Of a stretch of DNA of 64,000 bases, positions 38,413 to 47,985 are shown piece by piece. The notes under the pieces are model-generated. The model was not told the origin of the DNA. It ran no database searches and saw only the letters and a list, made by a program, of their open reading frames with translations. Every line of letters begins with the position of its first letter. The first letter of the stretch is position 1. Made by a program: the position numbers and the translations under genes. This stretch comes from a bacterium (GTDB lineage: Bacteria > Zhuqueibacterota > Zhuqueibacteria > Residuimicrobiales > Krinioviventaceae): positions 160,001 through 224,000 of the forward strand of contig CAXXMD010000002.1 in the NCBI GenBank assembly GCA_963675755.2, in the 5' to 3' direction.

Positions 38413-40968
38413 ATGACACAGGTATTCAAGATGTTGAAAATCCGGATTGATAAAATGTCTAATCATTTAAAAAATACTAGTATTGTTTTGAGAATTTTTG
38501 TTCTCTTTTTTTCAATTTTGGGATTATATCATGAGGCTTTTTCTTTAGATCATCCACATATGATTGTGCAAAAACAGGATTTTTCATCTATGGAGGAAAA
38601 GCAAAAAGAGTGGCCCTGGTCTGTTATGAAAGAAAAGGCAATAACTACTGCCAAAAGTATGAATTATAATTCCACCTGGACGCTGGATAAAAAGTGTACC
38701 CGAATACATGAAATGGCCAGTGCTATTGCCCTGGCTTTTATTTTAGATCAGGAATCACGATCAGTTTATATAAACAAAGTTGAATCACAAATTGCCGAGG
38801 GGATCCATTCTATTCGCCTTTTAAAAGGTACAGGTACTGATCATGGTTATAATGTTGCTCCGGCACATGCGGCTTTTATGGTCTACCTGCTACTTGATAT
38901 CATGTATGATGATCTGTCTTTGGATGTACGACAATCCATGGAAGACGATTGTGATTATATTGCATCAAATCATGTTCATTCATGGTTTGCCAGTGAATAT
39001 TCAATAAAAGGCATGATGGAGTTGTATCATAATGGAAATACGGTCTCCTTTAAAGCATGGAAGGATTTATACAAAAATCATATTCTGGATTTAACCAGTT
39101 CAGATGGTGTATATTCTGCCGGACCGGGATATTCAAAGAGTCGCCTTTTTATGGATAACAGAATGCAAAAGAAAATATTTATGGATATATGCGAATATCA
39201 AGGATATAATGAATTTTTTAATAATCCCAAATTGCAGTTGTTGTATGAATGGGTTATGGGTTATTTAGTGACACCCTTTAACAGATCCTATACGTTTGGT
39301 GATACTCCACCAACCAAGGATTTGGATTACTGGACGGTTGCAGCTTTGCGAGTTCAAAAGTTTTCAGAAAATGCTGCTTCATATGCATTGTGGAGAATGG
39401 GACCTCTGGATGATGATAACATTATCGGTGGGCTGTTACATTTTTTACTTTGCGATTCATTGCCCGTTCAGCCCACAAGACCCAGGAGTAAAATTTTTGA
39501 TAACGGTGGTGCATGGTTAAGAGAAGATTCAGAATCCAAATATTCACTTGCTGCTGTTTTATGGAATATCAATACAATTAAAGATAGTCACAGACATTTT
39601 GATATTAATGCGATACATATTGCCGGATACGGAGCTCACATTCTTCGTAATTCCGGGTATGATGGTTCCGGCATGCCTGATCCCGTTACCTGGGATTGGA
39701 TAAAATATACCGCCGAGTCATCAAATACTTTAATGATGAACGACAAGAATCATGCAATGATTCAAGGGGGTGGTATAGATGAAGGATTAATAGGGGGTAA
39801 CTTTGAATATGCATGTGGTAATTCAGGTTCTGTACTACCTTTGGGTACTCATCATAGAAATATGATATTTGTAAGACCTGTAAATGATAAAGTAAACGGA
39901 TATTTTATTTTTATAGACCAATTGCGTACCATCTTTCAATGGGATGCTAACGCATTAGTAAATATAGCCTGGCACCCTAATTCTTTTCATTCTCCAGATG
40001 TTACTGAAAACAACAATAGATTCAGTTGGCAAATTGATGGATGTGACTATGGTGGTGAAGGAGTTGGTGTTTCAATTCATACTGTAACACCAACCATTGA
40101 TTGGGAAATTCGCGATGGATACTTGGCATCATATAGTGATTGCAGCCGTTTTACTGGCAAATATCTTTATAATAGTTATCAGTGCAGTAATAACCTGGCT
40201 GATATTATGACAATTATTTTTCCGTTTGATGTTAACCATACAGTTGCACAAATGAAATCGTTAGAAATAAATGGGGGAGAGGGTTGTGAAATTTCCCATG
40301 ATGACTCTATAATTGATTATGCACTTGTGTCTCGTGATTCAAGTGTCTGTTTTGAAAGTGTTTCGTTTGCAGGAACTGGGGTTGTGTGGCGTGAGAATAA
40401 TGGATCTTTGAGTAATCTATTAGCAATCAAAAGTACAGAGTTTTTTGATAATGATTCAGAAATTGGTTTTAAATGCGATTCTGAAATATCCATTCAATTG
40501 GATGGCAATACAGGTAAACTGATTTCAAAAGGCGGGGACATAACTTTTTTTCAGCGTGGTATTGAGCAAATAAAAAGTGATGGAATGGCATTACCTGTTT
40601 TGGCATCAGGTGACAATTGGATGACTGTTGCTGTTGATTCCGGGCAACATGATATTGTTCTGGAAATTGCCCCAACTCATGTTGATGATTTAACAATTAT
40701 GACGAGTACTTCCAATGAACTGCTTCAAAATTATCCCAATCCATTTAACAACTCTACTGTTATTAGTTTTAGTATTGAAACTCCTGAATTTGTTGATTTA
40801 TCAATTTTTAATATCAATGGCCAGTTGGTAAATCAATTGGTCAAAGCGTATAAAACTGCCGGCAGTTATCGGGTAAAATGGGATGCTCAAGGTTTATCGC
40901 GAGGTATATATTTCGTCCGGATTACCACTGGCGAGTTTAAACAGGTGAAAAAAATTATTTTACAATAG
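38413..40968 (+). CDS. Heparinase II/III-like (alpha-toroid + beta-sandwich) polysaccharide lyase with sorting tail
   Basis: DHPHMI N-terminus, TFGDT, HRHFDINAIHIAGYG..LRNSGY, SSNTL, HHRNMIFV; LLQNYPNPFN. An alternative start lies at 38455. Confidence 0.68.
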   Translation: MTQVFKMLKIRIDKMSNHLKNTSIVLRIFVLFFSILGLYHEAFSLDHPHMIVQKQDFSSMEEKQKEWPWSVMKEKAITTAKSMNYNSTWTLDKKCTRIHEMASAIALAFILDQESRSVYINKVESQIAEGIHSIRLLKGTGTDHGYNVAPAHAAFMVYLLLDIMYDDLSLDVRQSMEDDCDYIASNHVHSWFASEYSIKGMMELYHNGNTVSFKAWKDLYKNHILDLTSSDGVYSAGPGYSKSRLFMDNRMQKKIFMDICEYQGYNEFFNNPKLQLLYEWVMGYLVTPFNRSYTFGDTPPTKDLDYWTVAALRVQKFSENAASYALWRMGPLDDDNIIGGLLHFLLCDSLPVQPTRPRSKIFDNGGAWLREDSESKYSLAAVLWNINTIKDSHRHFDINAIHIAGYGAHILRNSGYDGSGMPDPVTWDWIKYTAESSNTLMMNDKNHAMIQGGGIDEGLIGGNFEYACGNSGSVLPLGTHHRNMIFVRPVNDKVNGYFIFIDQLRTIFQWDANALVNIAWHPNSFHSPDVTENNNRFSWQIDGCDYGGEGVGVSIHTVTPTIDWEIRDGYLASYSDCSRFTGKYLYNSYQCSNNLADIMTIIFPFDVNHTVAQMKSLEINGGEGCEISHDDSIIDYALVSRDSSVCFESVSFAGTGVVWRENNGSLSNLLAIKSTEFFDNDSEIGFKCDSEISIQLDGNTGKLISKGGDITFFQRGIEQIKSDGMALPVLASGDNWMTVAVDSGQHDIVLEIAPTHVDDLTIMTSTSNELLQNYPNPFNNSTVISFSIETPEFVDLSIFNINGQLVNQLVKAYKTAGSYRVKWDAQGLSRGIYFVRITTGEFKQVKKIILQ

Positions 40969-41075
40969 TACATTTTTTATTTATTGGTTTGCTATACAAA
41001 AGAAGCGAGTGACCAATAGAATTTTTCCATCACTTTTTAAAAATTACAGATTTATTGGACTATAACGAGCAGGAC

Positions 41076-42503
41076 ATGAAAGCTGGTTTTTTATTAAAAA
41101 ACAATACACATGTATTTATATTTTTACTGATTTCGTTCATTTTGAGTTTTTTACAAAATGGGTATACAGAAATTATTCAAACCATATATATATCGCAACA
41201 GGACGGAACGGATATTGATAATTTGGGTGACGATGTCAGTAAACCCATACGTACTTTAGCAAGAGCAAGGGTCATTGCATTATCAAATTGGAGAAATGTA
41301 GATGGTTTTGAGATCCTGTTCAAGGGTGGCGAACAGTTTGACGAGTTTTTACCCATTACAAATCAGGTTTTAAAAGATTATGATCCCTTACGAAACTCAT
41401 TTGCATTCGTCTGGGATATTGACAGGTCTTTAAAAATTTCCACTTTTGGATCTCTTGAAAAGGCCATCCTGTATTCAAACAAATATACACATGAGGGAGG
41501 TCCTCAGGCTGCTATTGCCGTTACCACTCCCAGTACACAGAATGTAATCATAGAAAATTTACATTTCAAACATTGGCAGGTTTGTGCTTTTTTTGCGTAC
41601 AAGACCCGTAATATTCAATTTCTAAATAATATCGTTGAAGAAATTGGGACCCTCTATTTTCCTGATGAAAAAACAGCGGGCATTTATGGAGCGGGTGCCA
41701 TATATCCCAAAAATTCTTCCAATGTATTCATTCAAGGGAACTATATCCGCAATATTCATAATCAATTTGATATGCTCGACAAGATGCATGTTTTTTATTT
41801 GACCCGGTTGAACAACTCTGAAATCTGTGATAATATTATTATAAACGCGAGCGGACCTCCGTTAAAATTTCGCCGTAGTCAGACAAATAATGTGTATGTG
41901 CATGATAATGAATTCTACTATACAGGTCCCTCACAATCCTTAAATCAGGTTCAGGAAGGTTGGGTGAGATACAGCGGAGATGCTGATGATGGCTGCCCTT
42001 ATGCAATAGTCTTAGAACACAATCTTTTTTATTATCCCTATTGTTGGGAAAACACTCAAGAATGTGATAATGCGTTAGCTGTAAAATACAGTATAAGCAA
42101 TACAAGTGTATGCGGAGTAGATGCTTGTGAGGATGAGGAAAAGGTAAAGTGGATTGATAATGACTATCGTTATGAATGGGAGCCATATACTGTACCCGAT
42201 ATTCCAACCCGTGTTGAAAGAACAATAGTAAAAAAAATAGAAACATTTGAGTTGTTTGGTAACTATCCCAATCCATTTAATCCGGTGACTGAGATCTGTT
42301 TCCGAATACCAACTCGAAATCAAACCCGATTAACAATATACAATGAATTAGGTAAAGCAGTAAGGGTGCTAGTTAACAGAAGATTAGAATCCGGATTTCA
42401 TCGTTTCACTTTTGATGCCAGTGAATTACCCTCTGGAATTTATTTTTACCGCTTGCAAAGCGGAGAATTGCACAACACTAAAAAAATGGTTTTGATCAAG
42501 TAG
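41076..42503 (+). CDS. Secreted beta-helix-like protein of unknown specificity with sorting tail
   Basis: IYISQQDG...KPIRTL, ILFKGG, NVIIENLHF, NVFIQGNYIRN; LFGNYPNPFNP. ATG 41076 follows AGGA; the ORF track starts at TTG 41055. Confidence 0.65.
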   Translation: MKAGFLLKNNTHVFIFLLISFILSFLQNGYTEIIQTIYISQQDGTDIDNLGDDVSKPIRTLARARVIALSNWRNVDGFEILFKGGEQFDEFLPITNQVLKDYDPLRNSFAFVWDIDRSLKISTFGSLEKAILYSNKYTHEGGPQAAIAVTTPSTQNVIIENLHFKHWQVCAFFAYKTRNIQFLNNIVEEIGTLYFPDEKTAGIYGAGAIYPKNSSNVFIQGNYIRNIHNQFDMLDKMHVFYLTRLNNSEICDNIIINASGPPLKFRRSQTNNVYVHDNEFYYTGPSQSLNQVQEGWVRYSGDADDGCPYAIVLEHNLFYYPYCWENTQECDNALAVKYSISNTSVCGVDACEDEEKVKWIDNDYRYEWEPYTVPDIPTRVERTIVKKIETFELFGNYPNPFNPVTEICFRIPTRNQTRLTIYNELGKAVRVLVNRRLESGFHRFTFDASELPSGIYFYRLQSGELHNTKKMVLIK

Positions 42504-42552
42504 GAAATCTATAAACAAGAGGATTTGATATGTTATTCTTTAAAAAATATAT

Positions 42553-44049
42553 ATGATTTTATTATGTTTTATTTGGGTTCCCATGGTCTTACCTGCTGCA
42601 GATGTTTATTTCAATGTGATGGATTATGGCGCAATTTCTGATGGCAAAACATTGTGCACAACCGAGATTCAGAAAACCATAGATGCCTGTAATGAGGCCG
42701 GGGGAGGTTATGTAGTTTTTCCCAGTGGTGAATTTTTAACCGGTACAATTGAGCTGAAAAATAATGTATTTTTACAAATCCATCCTGCTGCAACATTGTT
42801 GGGTAGTAAGAACATTGCTGATTATGATCCCGGTTATTTGATATATGCAAAGGGGATTACTCACGCAGGAATTCTGGGGGAAGGTACAATCAATGGACAG
42901 GGAGATTCATTCTGGAAAGGTAAAGAACGTCCTTTTAACAGACCCGGAAGAACTATAAAGTTTCTTGATTGCAGGGATATTGTTTTCAAAGATTTTCATT
43001 TGATCAACTCTGCAAGCTGGTGTATTGATGTTGAAGGTTGTGATCGGGTAACTTTAACAGGGCTTACAATTATTAATGACCGTGATGCTCCCAATACAGA
43101 TGGTATTGATCCTGTTTCTTCGTCAAATGTGTTTATTTCAGATTGCTATATTGATACAGGTGATGACTGTATCTGCCCCAAATCAAATGATATTAACAAA
43201 CCCTGTGAAAATCTGGTTGTAACAAATTGTGTGCTCATTAGTGATGATTCCGCAATAAAATGCGGAACCCGATCTAATGGAGCAATACGGAATTGTACTT
43301 TTAGTAATATTGTAATTCGAAATACCAAATACGGTATTGGATTTTACATGAAAGATGGTGGCAGCTATGAGGATATTCAGTTTTCAAATATATCGATTGA
43401 AACAATTATCCCTGCTGATTTGCAAAGCCCCAATTGTACAAACAGTTTTGCGATTTTTATGGATATTGAGGGCAGAGATGAACAAACGCCATTAGGTACA
43501 ATTCGGAATATCATGTTTAATGATATTAACATACTATCCTATGATGGGAATTGCTTGTTTGCAGGTATGCCCGAACAAAATATTAACGATTTGACCTTGA
43601 ATAATGTACGAATGAACGTGTTGAGACGTACTGATTTGGCAGAAAGGAGTAAACCCAGAGGTACCCGCACCTTGAAAAATATTGCTGTTAATGATCGTGC
43701 AGGCATTCAGTCATATTTTACTTTTGTAAATATTGATGGATTATCTATAAACAATCTGTTTATTGATGACGAATCTATTACAAATACTGTTAAAAGTTAT
43801 TGCCTATGGGGACAAAATATCAAGAATGTTACGCTTGAAGGATTTCAAAATTGTCAGTCTGTTAGTAATGAAAATCTACCATTGGTTCTATTTGAAAATA
43901 TTTCGAATCTTTTTGTTAGTCGCTGCCAACCGGTTTCAGCAACAACACCATTTATTTCGCTCCAGGGTGCTCAATCTTCCGATATAACTTTGTTGAATAA
44001 TAATTTTTCAAGCGTTGGTAAACCGGTTTCAGTGGGGGCCGAACGTTGA
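42553..44049 (+). CDS. Glycoside hydrolase family 28 protein (possible frameshifts at both ends)
   Basis: FNVMDYGA, IQKTIDAC, NTDGID, GDDCICPKS, AIKCGT. An out-of-frame SD/ATG at 42530 and an alternative-frame tail to 44089 are present. Confidence 0.82.
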   Translation: MILLCFIWVPMVLPAADVYFNVMDYGAISDGKTLCTTEIQKTIDACNEAGGGYVVFPSGEFLTGTIELKNNVFLQIHPAATLLGSKNIADYDPGYLIYAKGITHAGILGEGTINGQGDSFWKGKERPFNRPGRTIKFLDCRDIVFKDFHLINSASWCIDVEGCDRVTLTGLTIINDRDAPNTDGIDPVSSSNVFISDCYIDTGDDCICPKSNDINKPCENLVVTNCVLISDDSAIKCGTRSNGAIRNCTFSNIVIRNTKYGIGFYMKDGGSYEDIQFSNISIETIIPADLQSPNCTNSFAIFMDIEGRDEQTPLGTIRNIMFNDINILSYDGNCLFAGMPEQNINDLTLNNVRMNVLRRTDLAERSKPRGTRTLKNIAVNDRAGIQSYFTFVNIDGLSINNLFIDDESITNTVKSYCLWGQNIKNVTLEGFQNCQSVSNENLPLVLFENISNLFVSRCQPVSATTPFISLQGAQSSDITLLNNNFSSVGKPVSVGAER

Positions 44050-44099
44050 TTCAAAACAGGTTTATATGGATAATAATCGATTGCAATAAATAGGAAAAT

Positions 44100-46655
44100 A
44101 TGAGTATGAAGAATTTATTTAACATTATCTTTCTATTATTAATATTTAACGCTCTTGGATATTCAACAATGTTGAATAAAACATATTACTGTTTTGATGC
44201 AGGAGGAGATAATTCTAAAATAATTAATGGAGCAATTCAACTTGACATTATGAATACTTTTTCGGATGATAATGGGTATGGATGGACTGTATCCCCGGAC
44301 AAGTCATTTGAAAGAGAAAAATTATCTAATAGTCGTGACGCATTTGATATTGATGGCGTAATTGCCAAAAATATTGGATTCAAAGCCAACTTGCCAAATG
44401 GACGCTGGTGGGTTACTCTTTTTATGGAATCCGGATTGGAAGATTCCGCTACAACAAAAATTAAGCTAAATGGCGATTTTCAAAATCCTCAATGGCAAAC
44501 TTTTAGACCCAATGCTGAAGGCAGAAAAAACTGGTCTGATGCATATCGTGTATTTCACAGACCTGTTATTATTAGTCACAATGAATTAATGCTTGAGGTT
44601 TTGGGTGTACAGGATTCGGTCAGGATAATGGGAATAAAGTTGTATCCTGATCCCCAACCCGCTTCTGAAACAGATAAACAATTATTAGATCAAATAAGGT
44701 CTGCCGGAAAATTTGCAAGTGCAATTCCATTGGACAGCCTCAATGCGGGACTGCCGGAATTGATCGATAAATTAAAACTGGTAATTGATAAAGATCAGGA
44801 CAATGCATTTTCCCGGTATTGGTATGATCAATTATCCATATTGTATAAAGCTGAAAATTATATAAAGATGATGGGGTGGGAATGGGAAACGGAAAGAACC
44901 GGCTTGAATATTTTTGACAGATATACAGCCGCGGTAATGCTGCTGGATGGTTTACTTGACCAGCCGGACCCGGAAAATAATCCGATTTATGAACGTGCGC
45001 TTTGGCAGCGAAGTCGGGTTTTGTTTTGGCTGGATATGGAACGCCATGGTAAATATGAACGGCAAACTGCAATTAGAGATTTGTCTCTTTTGTTTTCAAT
45101 GTATTCTGATAATAAATTACTAGCCATGTACAACGGGCAAAAGATTGTAACAACAATAGATGATATAGAAATCAGCAACAATGCGCCACAGTGGTCAGCT
45201 CTGCAGTATAAAGTCCTTTCTTATTTGAGGACAATCACTTATTGGTGGGTATTGGAGCGTCAGGCAGAGAACGGCGAATTTGGTGGTAAATTGGGGGACG
45301 ATGTTGAATTGCTTCGGGCATTTCCTCCTCTGGTTTTGTCTGGTGATACTTGTACATTTAAAGGCTGGAAAAAGCTGGCAGACCGGGTTTGGCAGAGTGA
45401 TCAGATTTACAAGGGCTATGCACGAATTGCCAGCGATGTGGAACATGCATCTGAACTGGTTTCTGATGTAGCGCCTGAAATGGTGATGTATACCGATGAC
45501 CAGGAATATGCCAAGAGACTTGAATGGTCTGCAGATTATTTCAGGGATTTATGGACTGGGAAAACCAAATCCGGATCACGATATTTCAAATCATCCTGGT
45601 TTAGTTCAACAAAAGTTAGAACTGACCCACCCCGGGACCGTGATGTTGAAATGAACTCAAGAGCTGTCAAAGCAGTTCGTTATTTGGCCTGGAAATCAAG
45701 AGACGCACAAGTAATTGAAACACTATATGAGTGGTCATTAGCCTGGGTAAAAGCAGCATTGCGAACGGATAAGGGAAAGCCTCTAGGCATTGTGCCTGCA
45801 TCAATTCGTTTCACGGATGAATCTATAAACGGAGATGGCCCGAATTGGTACAATGCCGATATGTATTGGTCTTATTACAACTGGAGTCATAATGCGGGTT
45901 CTATGATTCTTGATCAATTGTTATTTACATATACCCTGACACATGATGAAAAATTGTTACAGCCTTTAATAGAAACATTAACATTGATTCAAAAGTACAG
46001 AGAGATTGATTTCGGTTCCATTGATACCGAGCCAGGTTCAGAGCTATGGGCTGTGAAAATATTAATTTCTAAATCCGGGTTCTGGAATGTTGTTGAGCAA
46101 TGGAGATTGTATACCGGGGACCAACGTTTCGATGATCTTGTGCTAGAGTATGGTACACCTTTTATACGATTCCGCTTGACGGGAGAGGAACAGTATCTTG
46201 TTCAGGGCCTGAAAAGTAATCTAGAGAAAATCAAATATAATTTTCCACTTTTGACCAGTGAAGTTTTACATACAGACAGGGTATATCTCAGAGGCGGTTC
46301 TGCCAATCTGGGCACTTTTCATTTAAATGCAATGCTTACAGGTAGTGGATTACAAACATCTCCATATAATGCAATAAGCTGGGAAAATACAAACTCCATG
46401 TTTACTGCATTGGTTAAAGAAACCGGAAAAAATACTCTGAGCGTTGATGTTTTTAATCATTCTAAAAATAAAACAAATGTTACCATTCGTATATGGCAAT
46501 TGGATCCTGGAGAATATAATATGTTTACCGTTTTAGACGGTATTAAATATAATGATCATATTATAAAAATCAATAAACCCGGAGAGCGGATAATACTTGA
46601 AATTCCCGGTGAACAGTTGATTAATTATGTTTTTCAATCCATAAATAAAAATTAG
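44100..46655 (+). CDS. Secreted hypothetical protein: N-terminal galactose-binding-like beta-sandwich + helical (alpha/alpha-barrel-like) region
   Basis: Signal peptide; YCFDAG...GYGW; Trp/Asp/Glu-rich WWVLERQAENGEFGGKLGDDVELLR and DVEHASE. Confidence 0.6.
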   Translation: MSMKNLFNIIFLLLIFNALGYSTMLNKTYYCFDAGGDNSKIINGAIQLDIMNTFSDDNGYGWTVSPDKSFEREKLSNSRDAFDIDGVIAKNIGFKANLPNGRWWVTLFMESGLEDSATTKIKLNGDFQNPQWQTFRPNAEGRKNWSDAYRVFHRPVIISHNELMLEVLGVQDSVRIMGIKLYPDPQPASETDKQLLDQIRSAGKFASAIPLDSLNAGLPELIDKLKLVIDKDQDNAFSRYWYDQLSILYKAENYIKMMGWEWETERTGLNIFDRYTAAVMLLDGLLDQPDPENNPIYERALWQRSRVLFWLDMERHGKYERQTAIRDLSLLFSMYSDNKLLAMYNGQKIVTTIDDIEISNNAPQWSALQYKVLSYLRTITYWWVLERQAENGEFGGKLGDDVELLRAFPPLVLSGDTCTFKGWKKLADRVWQSDQIYKGYARIASDVEHASELVSDVAPEMVMYTDDQEYAKRLEWSADYFRDLWTGKTKSGSRYFKSSWFSSTKVRTDPPRDRDVEMNSRAVKAVRYLAWKSRDAQVIETLYEWSLAWVKAALRTDKGKPLGIVPASIRFTDESINGDGPNWYNADMYWSYYNWSHNAGSMILDQLLFTYTLTHDEKLLQPLIETLTLIQKYREIDFGSIDTEPGSELWAVKILISKSGFWNVVEQWRLYTGDQRFDDLVLEYGTPFIRFRLTGEEQYLVQGLKSNLEKIKYNFPLLTSEVLHTDRVYLRGGSANLGTFHLNAMLTGSGLQTSPYNAISWENTNSMFTALVKETGKNTLSVDVFNHSKNKTNVTIRIWQLDPGEYNMFTVLDGIKYNDHIIKINKPGERIILEIPGEQLINYVFQSINKN

Positions 46656-46673
46656 CAAAGAAAGGTGTATATT

Positions 46674-47813
46674 ATGCGAAATGTTGTGATTTTATTTATT
46701 CTTGTTTTTACTGTAATATCTGTAGCTCAAACTGATGCTGTAATTGAATGGAAAAAAAGGCCTGATCTTGTTACTGAACGGATAGTATGGCAAATAACCA
46801 GCCATGATTCAGCAAGCGAAGCTGTATATTTTGAACAACAGCCATTTACGACCGATGATAAATATTTGGTATTCAAATCAAAAAGAACTGGCGACTGGTT
46901 AATTTATCGTGCTGACTTGCAAACGGGAGAAATTGCCCTTGTTTCGAAAGAAATAAATCCTGGTACTATTTCAATTGGTCCGGATGGACAGCATGTATGG
47001 TATACAAGTGATAATAAATTGTTTAAAACAGATGTTGCCACTCTGGAAGAAAAAATAGCATTTGATTTTAAAGACAGTTTTAAAGATCAGCGAATCAGTT
47101 TTTCCGGATCATTAAGCGCTGATGGTGTATACACACTTGTACGTACATATACTGATACGTCACGTTCTATCTATCGCGTAAATCTGGAATCCGGCGATGT
47201 AGAGCATGCATTGACAGTGAACAATTCAGAGGGTACATTTTCTCATCCACTTATTAATCCCAAATATCCGCATTTGATCAGTTATGTGCCCGGTCCCGAC
47301 ACTCAGAATGATATGACTTTACCTATGGAGAAAAGGGCCAGAACATGGATCATCAATATGAAAACCGGAGAAAATAAGCAATTTTTAACAATGCCTTATG
47401 GATTCCGTGCAACACACGAAAAATGGTCAGCAGATGGTGAATTGTTTACTTTTTTCAGAAAAACTGTACCAGGCTGGACACCCGTAAGTATATGTTCAAT
47501 TAACAAAGATGGTTCAAATTTTCAGGTATATTATTCTCATAATAATATAAGGCTGGGGCATGGTTTATCTTCAGATGATGGGAAATGGTTTGTATCGGAC
47601 GGGCAAGATCCTCATTATAATCCCATAATTTTGATTAATATGGAGACGGGTCTCGCAACAACACTTTGTTGGCCCAATTCCAGTATATATGGTGGCCTCG
47701 GCACAACCGGTCATGTTCATCCATCCATAAGTAAAAGTGGACGTTTTGTTTGTTATAGTTCTGATCTCACCGGTACTCCACAGGTTTATGTAGTGCCAAC
47801 CGGGATTGAATGA
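46674..47813 (+). CDS. Oligogalacturonate lyase (PL22)-like beta-propeller with signal peptide
   Basis: VWQITS...VYFEQQPFTTDDKYLVFKSKRTG, SHPLINP, ATHEKW, LGH, HVHPS. ATG 46674; the ORF track starts at GTG 46665. Confidence 0.75.
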   Translation: MRNVVILFILVFTVISVAQTDAVIEWKKRPDLVTERIVWQITSHDSASEAVYFEQQPFTTDDKYLVFKSKRTGDWLIYRADLQTGEIALVSKEINPGTISIGPDGQHVWYTSDNKLFKTDVATLEEKIAFDFKDSFKDQRISFSGSLSADGVYTLVRTYTDTSRSIYRVNLESGDVEHALTVNNSEGTFSHPLINPKYPHLISYVPGPDTQNDMTLPMEKRARTWIINMKTGENKQFLTMPYGFRATHEKWSADGELFTFFRKTVPGWTPVSICSINKDGSNFQVYYSHNNIRLGHGLSSDDGKWFVSDGQDPHYNPIILINMETGLATTLCWPNSSIYGGLGTTGHVHPSISKSGRFVCYSSDLTGTPQVYVVPTGIE

Positions 47814-47887
47814 ATTTTTAGTTTGAACACAAAGTCTTGAATGGAAATTAATAATTATGATTTTTTTGATTATTAAGGATTGAGTAA

Positions 47888-47954
47888 AGCAGTTAAAATA
47901 TGCCCAATGTAATGAAAATAATATTACCAGATTGATGGGTATGTTTTAACTGCT
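47888..47954 (+). terminator. Long hairpin between convergent genes
   Basis: 19-bp stem AGCAGTTAAAATATGCCCA / TGGGTATGTTTTAACTGCT with two G-U pairs; inner GTAAT/ATTAC stem. Confidence 0.55.
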
Positions 47955-47985
47955 ATTTTGGGATATAATATAAGCTGAATTCATA

